Shown here: positions 1 through 12,374 of the stretch, in pieces | Layout of the letters: the number at the start of each line of letters is the position of its first letter | Numbering within the stretch: position 1 is the stretch's first letter | NCBI RefSeq assembly: GCF_016433145.1 | Contig: NC_058131.1 | Location: 159,879,514-159,943,513 of the forward strand | Length of the DNA: 64,000 nucleotides | DNA from: Gracilinanus agilis | Lineage: Eukaryota | Direction: 5' to 3' | The notes under the pieces: generated by a model | The model's database searches: none | What the model was told of the DNA's origin: nothing | The model's input: only the letters and a program-made list of their open reading frames with translations | Translations under genes and position numbers: made by a program

Positions 1-520
1 GCCGCTTGCTTTATCTTTTAACATTTATGTTGGAAAATAAGATGGAAATAATCTTATAATTATATATTATATTTAATTATATATTATATTATATATGTCA
101 TATTTTATATATATATTATAATAATTACCACCATTGGTAATCATAACTGTGAATGGGAAGGGGTGGACACTCATGTTAACTTGCCTGCATGGTACCACAC
201 TCCCCCTTAGCTCAGTGCTCTGCAGCCTCCCATCTTCCCATTCCCCCTTCCACAAAAACAAAACAAAAACCTTAAAAAAAACCCATCCAAGGGACAGCAG
301 AAGTACTGACTTGAGCCCTCCACAGCCAGTGCAGATTGTAGCTGGGAAGACCTCCAGCACAGATGGATGAGACTTTTTTTGCCCCACTTTCCTACCCAGA
401 CTTGGGGGAACTCAACCTCTAGGAGGCAAAATCATGAGATGAAGTGGGGGGGCTACTGTATTTATATTTTCGACTCTTAGTGCTTGGCACATAAGAAATG
501 CTCAGATGCTTCTTTCTTTC

Positions 521-749
521 NNNNNNNNNNNNNNNNNNNNNNNNNNNNNNNNNNNNNNNNNNNNNNNNNNNNNNNNNNNNNNNNNNNNNNNNNNNNNNNN
601 NNNNNNNNNNNNNNNNNNNNNNNNNNNNNNNNNNNNNNNNNNNNNNNNNNNNNNNNNNNNNNNNNNNNNNNNNNNNNNNNNNNNNNNNNNNNNNNNNNNN
701 NNNNNNNNNNNNNNNNNNNNNNNNNNNNNNNNNNNNNNNNNNNNNNNNN
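521..749. other. Assembly gap or masked N run (others: 7218-7396, 20219-20358, 42690-42788, 52757-52953, 53023-53357)
   Basis: N characters flanked by low-complexity sequence. Confidence 1.
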
Positions 750-769
750 TGAAAGAAAAAAACCCACTT

Positions 770-1103
770 TTCTTGTCTTTGCTTCTGCTAAGGCTTCCTC
801 CTCCAAAGTTCTCCTTCCTCTCTCCCTGTATCTGAATTCTGCAATGTGCAGATCAAGACCCACCTTTTCAGGAGCCTTCCCTAACCACCCCAGTCCCCAG
901 CCATCTCTCCTTCCTCTCACATCTAATGGTAATTACCGGCCTTATACCACTAACCTTGGCACTAAAGCAAAGTGATCTCTTCTTATATTCTTTCCCCAAC
1001 AAGATTGCCAACTCCCTGAGTGCAGGGACCATTCTTCTCTTTCAGAGTGGCTAACACAGTTCTGGGCACATAGTAGGTACCTAATGAACATTTGTCAATT
1101 GTA
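770..1103 (+). mobile_element. L2 LINE 3' end fragment
   Basis: Typical L2 3' tail: ...cctgagtgcagggacc...cacagttctgggcacatagtaggtacctaatgaacatttg. Confidence 0.6.
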
Positions 1104-1638
1104 CTCAGGTGTGCTGGGAAATCACCTTCCTCTCCCAGGCTCTACCATGCACCTGTGGAACGGCAGTAAAAGGGAAGAAGACAGCTTCCAAGCCTTGGAG
1201 CATCCTTTTGACTGCGGGTCAGATCAGTCCTGATCCAAGGCATCAGCTACTCCAATCTGGCTGTTCCTCGGAAGACCGAGGGGCTTCTCTCTGGGTTTAT
1301 ATTCTGGGCTGACCATTGATTAAGCCTTAAATCCTCTGCTCAGAACTAATACCCTCTCCAGCTCGGTTCGTACAGGACAGGTTTGCCACATTAAGATGAT
1401 GAGTTTTTTGTCATTTCCTGAAGTATTTAAGTAGAAGCTGGGCTCCCGTCAGGCGTGCGATAGAGGGGATTTCTGGACTGGGTGGGAGTCTGGACTAAAT
1501 GCACTCTGTGTTGTCTGGAAGATTTCAGTCTGATTTTATCTCTATGTAAAGGGTTCAACCTTAAGTTTCAGTCCCTCCCCCTGCCATTTTCTGCCTGGCC
1601 TCTGGGGTGGGAGTACAGAGGGGGTGGGGGGGGGAAGG

Positions 1639-1653
1639 GGGTCAAGCAGGGCA
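1639..1653 (+). promoter_or_regulatory. DR3 nuclear-receptor element (VDRE-like)
   Basis: GGGTCA agc AGGGCA, two RGKTCA-like half-sites spaced by 3 nt. Confidence 0.35.
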
Positions 1654-3131
1654 TTCTAGGCCAACAAGTACACAAGGGGAACTCTACACAGCCACACTTC
1701 ATCCTCCCTCATCCCTAATGACCACCGAGTCACAGAATGATAGAATTGGGGAGCTGGAAGAAAGCCCCGAGGTCGTCTAGGAGAACCCCCACGCTTCAAG
1801 CGGTCATCTCAGCATTGACCGAAAACAACGTCCAGCGACCGGGAAACCATTCCTTCCTAAGGCAGCACATTCCACTCCCGCTTGGAGAGCTTTTACTTGT
1901 TAGGAAGTTAACGCAAGCCTCGATCTGCCTCTCCCAATCCTCCCCCCACGGCTTCTCACTCTGTCCTCTGGGGCCAGGCAAGAACAAGTCTAATCCCTCT
2001 TCTGCATTACATCCCTTTCTCTGTCATGTCCATCCTTGACCCAGCCTGGGCCCCAGTGACCGGGTGGAGCTGGGCCTCTGGCTCCATGTCAGCCCTCCCA
2101 AGAGCAGCATTCCTTCCGGAGCCCACCCACCCACCATCTTCTCTCAATCCATCCCCTGTGAGGCGGAAGGCCAACTTACCTTCCTGCCCACGCCGGCCTC
2201 CTCTAGCCTCTCCTGTGCCACTCCTCTGTTGGGTTCTCTCTTTTGGTCCTTTCTTGCCCGGCTCTTCCCCTGGGATTTTCTCCTCCTCTGCCTCTCCATC
2301 TCCGGCGGGCTTCCTGGGCCAGCCTTTCTCCTCCATTTCAGACCGTGCTTCCCTCTCTCCTAAGTCTCAGTTTCCCTCCTCCCCGCTCCCCCCACCCACC
2401 CCGTCTCTGTCCTCCATGTGCACAGCACACACATGGCCCTGTTGCTGTATTTTTAGATGCCAGTTTCAGCAACGTAATTAGCCTCTTGTTTCAACACAGT
2501 CTTGGCCCTGGCCAGGGCCAGGTTGTCCTGGCTGGCACTGCCCCACCCTGGGTGGTGAGGGGGGAGAGCAAAGGGGAGGAGAGGAGAATTCGGTCCCATC
2601 CCCCTCCCCTAGCCCTGGGGTCAGAGCTTCCAGCAGCTGACCACAAATGACAGGGCCCCAGAGACCGGCCACCGAGATGCCCACGGCTCGGGGTGTGGTT
2701 GGGGGGGAGCCCCGGCAGGAGGCACGGGGAGGGTGGCTGGTCAGTACGAGGCGAAGCAGCTCGGAATGGAGGGCATCCTCGAGGCAGCTCCCTCTCCCTC
2801 CATTCAACAAACATTTATTAAACGTTTTCCTCCTCTCGGGAGGTTGGGGTGTCTGTTTAGGTGGGGAGAGGGTCATGCTTGGGAAAAGGAAGCAGAATCC
2901 CGCTGGGGAAGTGGAGAGTTTTGTGTCTACCACAGAGCCTTTCTTCAGCATTAAACTCCCTCCTTCCTGACCCATTTCTTCTCCCCCCTCCCCACCTCGG
3001 TCCTGGGGGCTCCCCGGGTAGCCCCCGAGACTCCCCAGCACAGGGGAGGCAGCCAGCCTCAGCTCTCTGTGGGATGGAGGGCTTGGGGAGGCAGGGCTAG
3101 GTGCCCAGACAGCCGCATGTGTAGGAGGGGA

Positions 3132-3147
3132 TGTCCTCGGATGCCCT
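3132..3147 (-). promoter_or_regulatory. DR4 thyroid hormone response element upstream of HR
   Basis: Minus strand reads ggtgg-AGGGCA tccg AGGACA. This matches the recalled eutherian Hr TRE (AGGGCA-n4-AGGACA), about 2.3 kb upstream of exon 1. Confidence 0.7.
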
Positions 3148-3149
3148 CC

Positions 3150-3287
3150 ACCCGGCAGTCCCAGCTCTGACGTGGGTGCCCCCCCTTCCCTGCCCGGATT
3201 AGTGGCAGCTTGGCCTGGCTGTCCGGGGCTGCCCTCCCCCGGGCCAGGGGCTGCTCCAGCTGAGGGAGGCCCGGCTGGCCTGCCCAG
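3150..3287 (+). other. HR: Candidate alternative non-coding first exon of HR (5' boundary uncertain)
   Basis: CpG/GC-rich, ATG-free stretch ending in a perfect donor CAG|GTAAGT at 3287/3288. Confidence 0.45.
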
Positions 3288-4906
3288 GTAAGTGGCTCTG
3301 AGGAAAGGGGTGAAGGTGGGTGGAGCTCCCAAAGGCCCGTATGTTTGTGGCAGTTTCTGTGTTTGTGTTTGTGCTTGTCTGTGTGGGGGTTGGTTCGGGT
3401 CTGTGTCTGGGCACGCCTCTGTTTTGGGTATTGGTCGGCTTGCCTTTGTATGTGTGTCCATTTGTGTATCACTTTTTCCTGCGTGTATCCGTGTCCTTTC
3501 TGTGGGTTCCCACAGTGCTGCTCCACTCTGGGGCCAAGAGCCGATGACCCAACGGCCTTGGGCTGTGGGCTTGGCCCAGGAGGGCCCAACTGGAGCCAGA
3601 ATCAGGGTGGGGTGGGGCTGGGAAGGGGACTCTCGCGGTACCCCATCTCCCCTCCTTCCCAGGTTCTCTAAGAGCCTGCACTGGGAACAGGGGCCCGGAG
3701 CAGCTGGGGTGAAGAGGAGTCACACACCCTGAGGAGAAATGCCTGGCCTGTCAGCCAGGAGTGACCACATCCAGAGATGTGGGAGAAGTGGGGCTCCAGC
3801 CTTCCCAAGAGCCCTCAGTGTCCCAAGGCCCAAACCAAATGCTTCTCCCACTGGTGCCGACTAGCTTGTTGGCTGCTGGTTGGGAGACACCAACAGAAGA
3901 TGTGCAAATCCTGCCAGGACCACTGACCTGTCAGTGCCACCCTCTTACACTCCCTGAAGCTAGTCTCAGGACACTGACCGGGGAAAGCGGTAGAGTGGGC
4001 TCAGGAACAGAGATTCCCAGCTCTCCGTTCTCCCAGTCAGGACAGGTCTATCACAGTCTGGAAGGAGAGGCTATACTACTGGATGGGAATCTGTGTTCAC
4101 ATAGCACAAGCTCTAAAGGGCCCAGCTCCCTCTGGACCAGCCCTCTCCCCAAGCCCCACTCGGGATCCTTTCCTCCTCCAGCTTCTGTCCTCTTCAGCTT
4201 CTCACATTCCTTATTAGGCTGTCTTCTTCCTGGCTCAGAGCTCCACTGATGCTAGCCTGTCTCCAGGGTCCAGAGAAGGAAGCCTGCCCTCTTTCCTTCC
4301 CCTTCCCTCCCACCTGAATTCTCCACTTTGGGGAGAGTAGTTTGCTTTTGTGGGTGGGAGAGGTCCTCACACTCTCTTGGTCCCAGACTAGATAGAGGGC
4401 TGCCCTCTCCAGATCCAGACTCCCTTAAGGGAGTTAAGGGATGGGCAATGGGCGTCCAGGTGAAAGGAAACACCTGTTGAGTTGGTGTATGTGTGTGAAT
4501 CTGTCTGGCTGTCTGTGAACCTGGTTGTGCTTCTTGAACCACCCCCACAGAGGAACCTTGATGCTTCCTTGGGTGGAAGGGTACCTCACTTTCCCATTTC
4601 CTCTCCCATTCTGGGTCCCTCCCTCTGAGCCACTCCCATCAACTGCTCTCCTATGCAGGGCATAGAAGCCCTGGGAACACTGGGGAGAACAGACCCATAG
4701 GATGCACAGCTGGAAGGGACCTTAGAGATCATCCTCTAGTCCAATCCCATCATTTACAAATAAGAAACCAAGAAACCTCAGGGACAGGTCCTGGGGGTAG
4801 ATAATCGAAGGGTCTGGCTAAAGGAGAGAATGTTAGGGGGAAAAGGGGAGGGGGCTGGTTAAGACAGAAAGGTGTCCTTGGGCACAAAAGGAAAAAGGGT
4901 ACAAAA

Positions 4907-4907
<1 letters not shown>

Positions 4908-4986
<79 letters not shown>
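4908..4986. repeat. Compound (TG)n(AG)n microsatellite
   Basis: TG run 4908-4945 directly followed by AG run 4946-4986. Confidence 0.95.
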
Positions 4987-4989
<3 letters not shown>

Positions 4990-5444
4990 TCTCATGACAT
5001 AGGACAGATGTTTCCCATCCTTGACCCCATGAGAACCTGACTGACACTGCCAGCAATGACACTGCCCCTTCCTATCCTGCCCTACCCTGGAGGGGGGGCG
5101 CCCCACCCCATGAATCCTGCCCAGCCCCTCCCGCCCTTTGCTCCAGTTCCCCAGCTTGGCACCTACTAGCGGGGTGCTGCCCGCCTGCCAGGCTCCGGGC
5201 CGGCCCACGGGAGGGTGGGGCCGCTGGGAAGCTGGCACGTTGCCCTGGGGGAGCCTCTCTCAGCAGGCGCCCGGGTGCCGCTGATGGGGGGGGGAGGGGG
5301 GAAACAAAGGACTCATTCTCTGGGTGCGCAGCCGGTGGCATCGCAGGGGCGTTGGCGGAAGCCCCCGGGGGCCAGGAGGGGGCAGGCCTGGGCGGGGCTG
5401 CAGAATCACGGGCTCCTGTTCCCCGCAGGGTGCAGGAGGAGTAA

Positions 5445-5984
<540 letters not shown>

Positions 5985-6047
5985 AGCGCCCCCGACTCCC
6001 GGGGGAGAGAGGGGGTGAGAGGAGCCCGCAGGTCCCAGAAGTGGCTC

Positions 6048-9033
6048 ATGGGGAAGGCGCGTCCGGCACTAGCCAGGACCCCCGCTGCCCTCGAGTCAGG
6101 CCCGAGCAGCACAGGTGAGTACTACCGGTGGGACCGAGCAGAGCACGGCGATCCGGGCTCCAGGGGAGTCCGGAATTGATCCGTCATATTGTCTTGGATC
6201 CATGTACCTCTGATTAGAAAGTTATTAGTTCCCCCCCCCCCCCCCGCAGAGTTCCCACTTTTTTATCAACCCCCTAGAAAACCAGGGAGCCCTGTTTGTG
6301 GCATTCCCACTCCTTACTCTTTTTTTTTTTTTTTTTAATTTCTGGGGCCCTGGGACCCTGCACCCAACTGCTGCTGAGTTCCCTTGGGAAGCAGTGCCAG
6401 CCCCTGGTCACACTGTCATGCTAGTCTCGGTGACACCTGTCATACCACTCTTGGGACTTCCCTGCTTTGCTTGGGAGTTTCCCTGTTTCCCGTGTCTCTG
6501 GTTAAGGGGCCCTCTCCCTGTCTGCTCCTCTTCTAAGGAACATTCATTCCTCCTGGAGTTAGGAAGACCTCACCTAACCCAGCAGGAATGCCTCTTAATT
6601 CTCCTTCACCTTAAGGGCCTCTCCATAGAGATGTCTCAGCTCTTGCAGGAGTAAGGAGTCCTGTGAGCCCAGGGAGGAGGTTCCAGATCCCACCAGCTGT
6701 TCTGGTTCCCTGGGGGGAGCTAAATGGGATAATCTTAGAGGACCAAGAAGAGGCAGAGTTTCTACCTGGCATGGTGTGCCAGGAGAGATGCCAAAGTAAT
6801 GCCTCTAGCCCTACTGTGCATTCCTCCCTAGTTACTCCTTTTTACCAGATACACTTTTTTTTTTACTCCCTAGAGAATGGGACAGGATAAATGGAACAGA
6901 GTTGAGTCTCAGTTTCCTCATCTGTAAAATGAGAGGATTGGAGGTGATGATCTCAGAGGTCCAGGCAGTTTTAACTACTATGCTATGGTCCGATGATTCA
7001 TAGATTCAAGATTTCAAAGCTGGAGGAGGCCTCCCAGACCATTTACTTAAATTTCTTTAACCCAGAGAGAGTACAAAGTCAGGCACTCAATAAGATTCCA
7101 GAAACAGGACTCAACTCTTCTGATTCCCAGTCATGGTTTTCCATAAAAGGTCCCAGCCCTTTCTTCTGGGTTCTTGTTTTCTCTGGGGAGGAGGTCCTGG
7201 GTTCCATACCCTGATGANNNNNNNNNNNNNNNNNNNNNNNNNNNNNNNNNNNNNNNNNNNNNNNNNNNNNNNNNNNNNNNNNNNNNNNNNNNNNNNNNNN
7301 NNNNNNNNNNNNNNNNNNNNNNNNNNNNNNNNNNNNNNNNNNNNNNNNNNNNNNNNNNNNNNNNNNNNNNNNNNNNNNNNNNNNNNNNNNNNNNNNCTCT
7401 GCCTACTTGCCTGTCTGTTTATTTACCTAGCTGTATGTCTATCTATCTATCTGTCTGCCTTTCTCTCTGCCTTTCTATCTCTCTGTCTGTCTGTCTGTCT
7501 GTCTGTCTATCAAACCCTTACCTTCCATCTTAGAGTCAATACTGTGCATTGGTTCCAAGGCAAAAGATGGATAAGTGGGGGTTAAGTAATTTGCCCAGGG
7601 TCACACAGCTCAGAAATGCCTGAGGTCAGATTCGAATCCAGGACCCCCTGTCATTTGGCAGGGCTCTCAATCTGCTGAGCCACCTTGTTGCCCCCAAGAA
7701 CACTGTATTTGGTAGAGAGCATCCAAAGCAGGTATAGATCTAGGCTTTGCTTCTCACTACTTGTTTGCCTGCAGGCGAGTCATTTAAACCCCTCTGAAGC
7801 TCAGTGTCCTCTTCTGTACCATGTGGTTAGACTGCATGTCTTCCACTTTTAAATCTCTGCTTTTCTGTTCTGCCGAACAAGTGTGTGGGGCTGAAGAGCT
7901 CTGCCCAATCCACTCCGTTCCAATCCAATCTAATAAGTATTTATTAAGTGAGGATTAAGTGTAAGGCACTCTGACAGGTGATGGGGATCCAAAGACAAAG
8001 ATGAAACTGTCCCTGTCGCTTACCATTTAACAGAGAAGTACTTAAATAGAGATTTGTGGATGACTAAGGGGGCCAGGAAAGGCTGCTCATGGGGTGGGGG
8101 GTGGCACATAAGATGAGTCTTGAATAAACCTTAGGATTCTAAGAGAAGAAGGTGAGGAGGGAGTGAAGTCCAGTGAAGGGGGACAACCTGTTCAGAATCA
8201 TGGAGGCCGGAGATGGAATGCTGAGTTTGGGGAACAGCGAGTAGCCCAATTTGGCTGGAACAGAGAGTTCACGAAGGGGCATAACGTGAAATAAGCCTGG
8301 AAAGGTAGGCTGGAACCAGACTGGGAATGGCTTTCGATGCTAAGTGAAGGAGTTTTTCATTTGATTTTAGAAGCAACAGGGAACCATTGAAGATCCTTGA
8401 GCAGGGGAGGGGTGACGTGGTCAGTTAGATACACAACCTGACTTTTTATTACCTATTAGTGTAAGGTATTTAGGTTTATAGGCTATTTCCCACAATAATC
8501 AACCACAACTGCATACTAATAAACATGGAATAGGCAACTGAATATAAAAAAATAAAGCAGTTTTTCAATCGAGATAAAATCATCTATATCATTGATGAAT
8601 TATGTTTCTGTTTGTCAGTTTCCTAGTTGGAAGAAACTGATAATACAAATATTTAAAGATGTTAAAAGATACAAAAACAATAATAAAAACAACCTCCAAC
8701 TCCACTCCTTCTGTTCCTACTGGGGTTCTCTGGCTCTGATGGAATATAGCAGGGAGTGGGGGGAGGGAATCATAGGAGGTGGGGAGGTGACTAGTGTTGC
8801 TTCTTCAACCATGGGGGCATCAACATGTCCAGGGTGGGAACCTTAGGGCAGTGTGTGGGCAGGCAGCTTGGTGCCCAGTTGTTGGCTTGTACTTGCCGTA
8901 CCGGTTTGTGCTGCCTCAATGCCGCCAGGGTGGGGCTCTCTTTGTACCAGACAGCAGGGATGCTCAGGTGATGCACCTGAGCCCATGCTTTGTTGGTTTC
9001 ACCACAGGGAACCCCTTTGTGAGAGCCCCATGA
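6048..9033 (+). CDS. HR uORF3, spliced (6048-6114 + 9008-9033), 30 aa [30 protein letters not shown]
   Basis: ATG 6048 is open across the exon 1 donor; after splicing it stops at TGA 9031-9033. Confidence 0.6.
7512..7695 (-). mobile_element. SINE1_Mdo-like tRNA-derived SINE in HR intron 1
   Basis: Reverse complement of ggggcag..ctcag..ggttcgaatctgacctcag..gtgtgaccctgggcaa..gaaggtaagggttt. Confidence 0.8.
7915..8420 (-). mobile_element. L2 fragment
   Basis: caatctaataagtatttattaag... followed by a purine-rich L2 body. Confidence 0.6.
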
Positions 9034-9203
9034 GGGCAGAGGCATCATGGAAAGCACACCCAGCTACCTGCAAGATGCCCCCGCCTGGGAGAAGCCAGCA
9101 TCAGAAAGTAGCATCAGACAGGAGCCAGGCACCTTGCCACAGGGTCCACATCATGGACCACTATGCCTGGGGGAGCCTGTTCCCTTTTGGAGAGGGACCC
9201 TGA
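9030..9203 (+). CDS. HR uORF4, 57 aa, out of frame and overlapping the main ORF start
   Basis: ATG 9030 lies 17 nt upstream of the HR ATG; TGA 9201-9203. Confidence 0.6.
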   Translation: MRAEASWKAHPATCKMPPPGRSQHQKVASDRSQAPCHRVHIMDHYAWGSLFPFGEGP

Positions 9204-9652
9204 GCACCCCAGACTCTTGGTTTCCACATGGCTTGCCCCATGGCTCAAAGGACCCATTTCCATTCTTGGGGGGTGAGGGGCCCCGGAATGGTGAGGGAAA
9301 GGCTGGATGGTTGGGGGCCAAAGAGGGGCTACGGTGGAAGGAAGCAATGCTAGCCCACCAGCTGGCACTCTGTGGGCAGCCATGCCCACCTCGTCATAAT
9401 CTCCTGCCCCCAGAGCAAGGTGGCAGTCACCCCAAGAATGACCCGTTGCCTTTCCGGCCCTTACATTGCCCCTTCCTTCTGGAGACCAAGATCCTAGAGA
9501 GGACCCCTTTCTGGGTGCCCACCTGCCTGCCTCCTTACTTGGTGCCCAGCCAGCCCCATGATCGGCCTTCTGACTGGCCCCTGGCCCCTTATCCTTGGAC
9601 ATACCTAGGGGCACAGCCCAAGAGCCCTCCTGCTTTCAACTCAGGAAGCAAG
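9047..9652 (+). CDS. HR: Hairless (JmjC nuclear-receptor corepressor / lysine demethylase), exon 2 coding part
   Basis: [16 protein letters not shown]...[13 protein letters not shown]...GSK; acceptor accacag|g at 9007/9008, donor AAG|GTAAGG. Confidence 0.95.
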
Positions 9653-9968
9653 GTAAGGACTTGAAATTGTTAAGAACTCTGCTCAAATTGGGGAGGACAT
9701 AATGAAAGAAACAATTGATTTTCTTGGCCCAGTGAAAACTCTTTCCAGAAGAATTCCATTCAGTTCAACAAGTGTTTATTGAGTGTCCTTCCTTCCCATA
9801 CTAACACCTCTAATTCAGATGCCTGGTCTAGGACCCTAGGATCAGTTTCAAGTCAGCTCACCTCTATAGATCATTCCTTCATTTCCCCAGGTCTAGTCAC
9901 CCCCTTCCATCCTTCTCTATTGAGAACCAAAGTCAGTGCCCAGCTTAACCCCTTTCTTCTCCCTTCAG

Positions 9969-10764
9969 GGCTTTTATCACAAAGATCTAGGCATGCCTCG
10001 CCTGACAAAAGAGATGTTGACCACTGCTGAACCTGGGTTGTTGGGCGTAGCCCCCGGTGGGCATCTTCAGAGAGCTGGGGAGATGGATCAGTCCCTACCC
10101 TACCAAAAGGATGGCGAGTCGGGAGCCAACGGGCGCCAGAACCTTTGCCCGCTCTTGGGAAGGTGCCCAGATATAATCAGCAGCCGGACCCTCTGGCCTA
10201 CTCACCCCCCAGGCTTGGTTCATGCTCTTGGCAGTTCCTGGGTAGTGCCTCGAAATGGGAACCTCAGACACCCCCAACCAGGGTTACCTTCTGGGTTAGA
10301 GTGCCCTTCACCTGGGCAGTCTGTCAGTCAGGTGGGCTGCTGTCCATCCCATCAACCTGCTGGAGATGGGAGTCATAGCCACTGTGGAAGGTGTCAGGCA
10401 GTCACAGAAGGTGGTACTAGTGGAACATCTGGGTCCACTGAAGAAGCTGGCAAGCATCCTGGACCTGGGGCCTGTCCTCCAAGCCACCATACCAAGCTAA
10501 AGAAGACCTGGCTTACTCGGCATTCTGAGCAGTTTGGATGCTCAGCTGGGTGCCCAGGGGAGGAGGTGGGCCCAGCCACTCAGATTGGGTCCCTCAAGAG
10601 GGAGGGAAGTCCTGAGGTGTGGGGAGCAGCTGGTAGCCCAGCCCCCAAGCGTCCAGCTGACTCCTTCCCAGGCAGTGAGGGGCAGGGGGCTGGGAGTTGG
10701 CAGGACACTCTGGAACCACCACTCGGGAGCAAGGCTGAGACGACAGAGCATGATGGCTGGAGAG
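9969..10764 (+). CDS. HR: HR exon 3
   Basis: GFYHKDL...CPPSHHTKLKKTWLTRHSEQF...KREGSPEV..SPAPKRP (NLS-like); ttcag| and G|GTGAGG; 796 nt. Confidence 0.95.
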
Positions 10765-11887
10765 GTGAGGGGGTTGATGAGCTGGGCATGAATGGCAGCT
10801 GGGGCATCTGGGACTTGGGGAATCAGGGCAAGGGCCAGCGGGTGAGGCTTGGGGTGGTGTTCCAGCCCTGTCCCACACTCAGGAGGTCCTTTTCCAGCTG
10901 ATTACTGCACCGTTGTCTAGACTTTTTCCATCTGGATCTTACCAACTCTTGAGACTTCACAGTGCCTCCACTTAGGGCACTCTTCTGCCCACTTCTGGAC
11001 ACTTTTTTTGGTTGGTTACCTGCCACATCACTGTGTTGGAACTGGTATCCTACCTCAACACCAGCCCAGTGCTTTGCCATGGCACTGCCAACCCTTAACA
11101 AAAGAGGGGGCCGTACAACTCTGATGTGGCTCTTTCCAAGTCACCTCGGGGGAGCTTCTGCTGACCCATGCTGTCTGAGCCAGGAACTGTTCCTTCTCTC
11201 TCCCAGCTGAATCATGGACCCCAAGCTGGGACTCTGTGTGCTCTTGACTAATTAGACCATAATGCCATTGCCCTGTGGCTCTCTATCAGCCCCTGGAATC
11301 TCAGGGCCACGCTAACGTCCTCCAACTTTACCTAGGGGATAATTGTTATTTCGGAGTTACAGTCCTCTTCCTCTGTTTTCCTGGATTGTTAGATCTCAGT
11401 GGGATTAAGGTGCCTGAGATGGGCTTATCTCAGCTCCTTCACTATCTGTATTGCTATTCCTGCGATTAGACTCCTCTGGATCTCTCAGATCCCCAACCTA
11501 GGACTCTCCTATCATCTCACCCTACTGGTTCACTCCCAACCACCTTGGAACTCTTCTCACTTCTGGCAGTGGCATCACTTTGCCCACAATGGGGTCTCTC
11601 CAGTTTCTTCACTGGCTGGATCACCACGCTTGTGCTGAGATGATCACCCTTACTCCGTCCTTGGACCCCTGCCTTCCTTCCTCATTCCCTGTTTACAGGG
11701 AATTCCTTTCTGTGGCTCTTCTCAGTTGGTCTGAGAATCATTGCTCACAGAACCTTGAGCTAGGGAGGAGAATAAGTGCTGGGATCACAGTACTGGGAAA
11801 GGGGCTGAAGGGGAAGGGAGGCTGTGATTGGTGACATTCTTTGAGGTAGATCAAAGGAGAGTCTTGAAGGATGTATTATCCCCTCAG

Positions 11888-12038
11888 GATTCCTGGGCAG
11901 CAGGCCTGGCCTTGATGGACTTGAACTCCAGAGTGTGCCTTGCACAGCACTCCCGGCAGGAATGACCCGATGCCAAAGCTGTGCCCTTGGGGAAGAGGAA
12001 GACAAAGGAACGTCTTGTCACTTTCTGAACGTGCGAAG
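11888..12038 (+). CDS. HR: HR exon 4
   Basis: [24 protein letters not shown]; 151 nt; AG|GTGAAT. Confidence 0.9.
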
Positions 12039-12183
12039 GTGAATTTTTGCTGCCTTGTCCCCATCTCCCCAACAACACTTCTCGGGTCTGGGAATCCCCT
12101 TTTCCAAGCTCTGGGCATCCAATTAAATTCTTCAAAGGCTCTTGCCTACTGATCCTTCTTCTTGGCTTCTCCCTGCTTTCCAG

Positions 12184-12374
12184 GTTACCTTCAGGTGGAT
12201 CAAGGATGGCAGAAGGGGAAGCTGGTCATTCTGAGGAGGGCAGAGGCGGCAGGCCCAGTCCAGACACCAAATTGAGCGTGCATCTCGCCAAATACTTGCT
12301 GAATAGCCTGGGAGACAGATTCTGTCGACTACTCCGGAGGGAACGGGAGGCCCTTGCATGGGCTCTTGAGGAAG
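12184..12374 (+). CDS. HR: HR exon 5
   Basis: [27 protein letters not shown]; 191 nt; G|GTAAGC. Confidence 0.95.

Noticed and set aside
477-975. ORFs containing long X runs (also at about 7.1, 20.1, 42.6 and 52.5-53.4 kb)
   Set aside because: Artefacts of N gaps
2478-3461. 327-aa minus-strand ORF and overlapping ORFs upstream of HR
   Set aside because: Pro/Gly-rich product of a GC-rich, stop-poor regulatory region; no recognisable domain
8430-8720. AT-rich intronic block (also 52120-52420) as a DNA transposon or ncRNA
   Set aside because: No TIRs, TSD or recognisable structure found by eye
9114-9614. 166-aa antisense ORF in exon 2 (and similar ones opposite exons 3, 10 and 12)
   Set aside because: Antisense shadows of GC-rich coding exons
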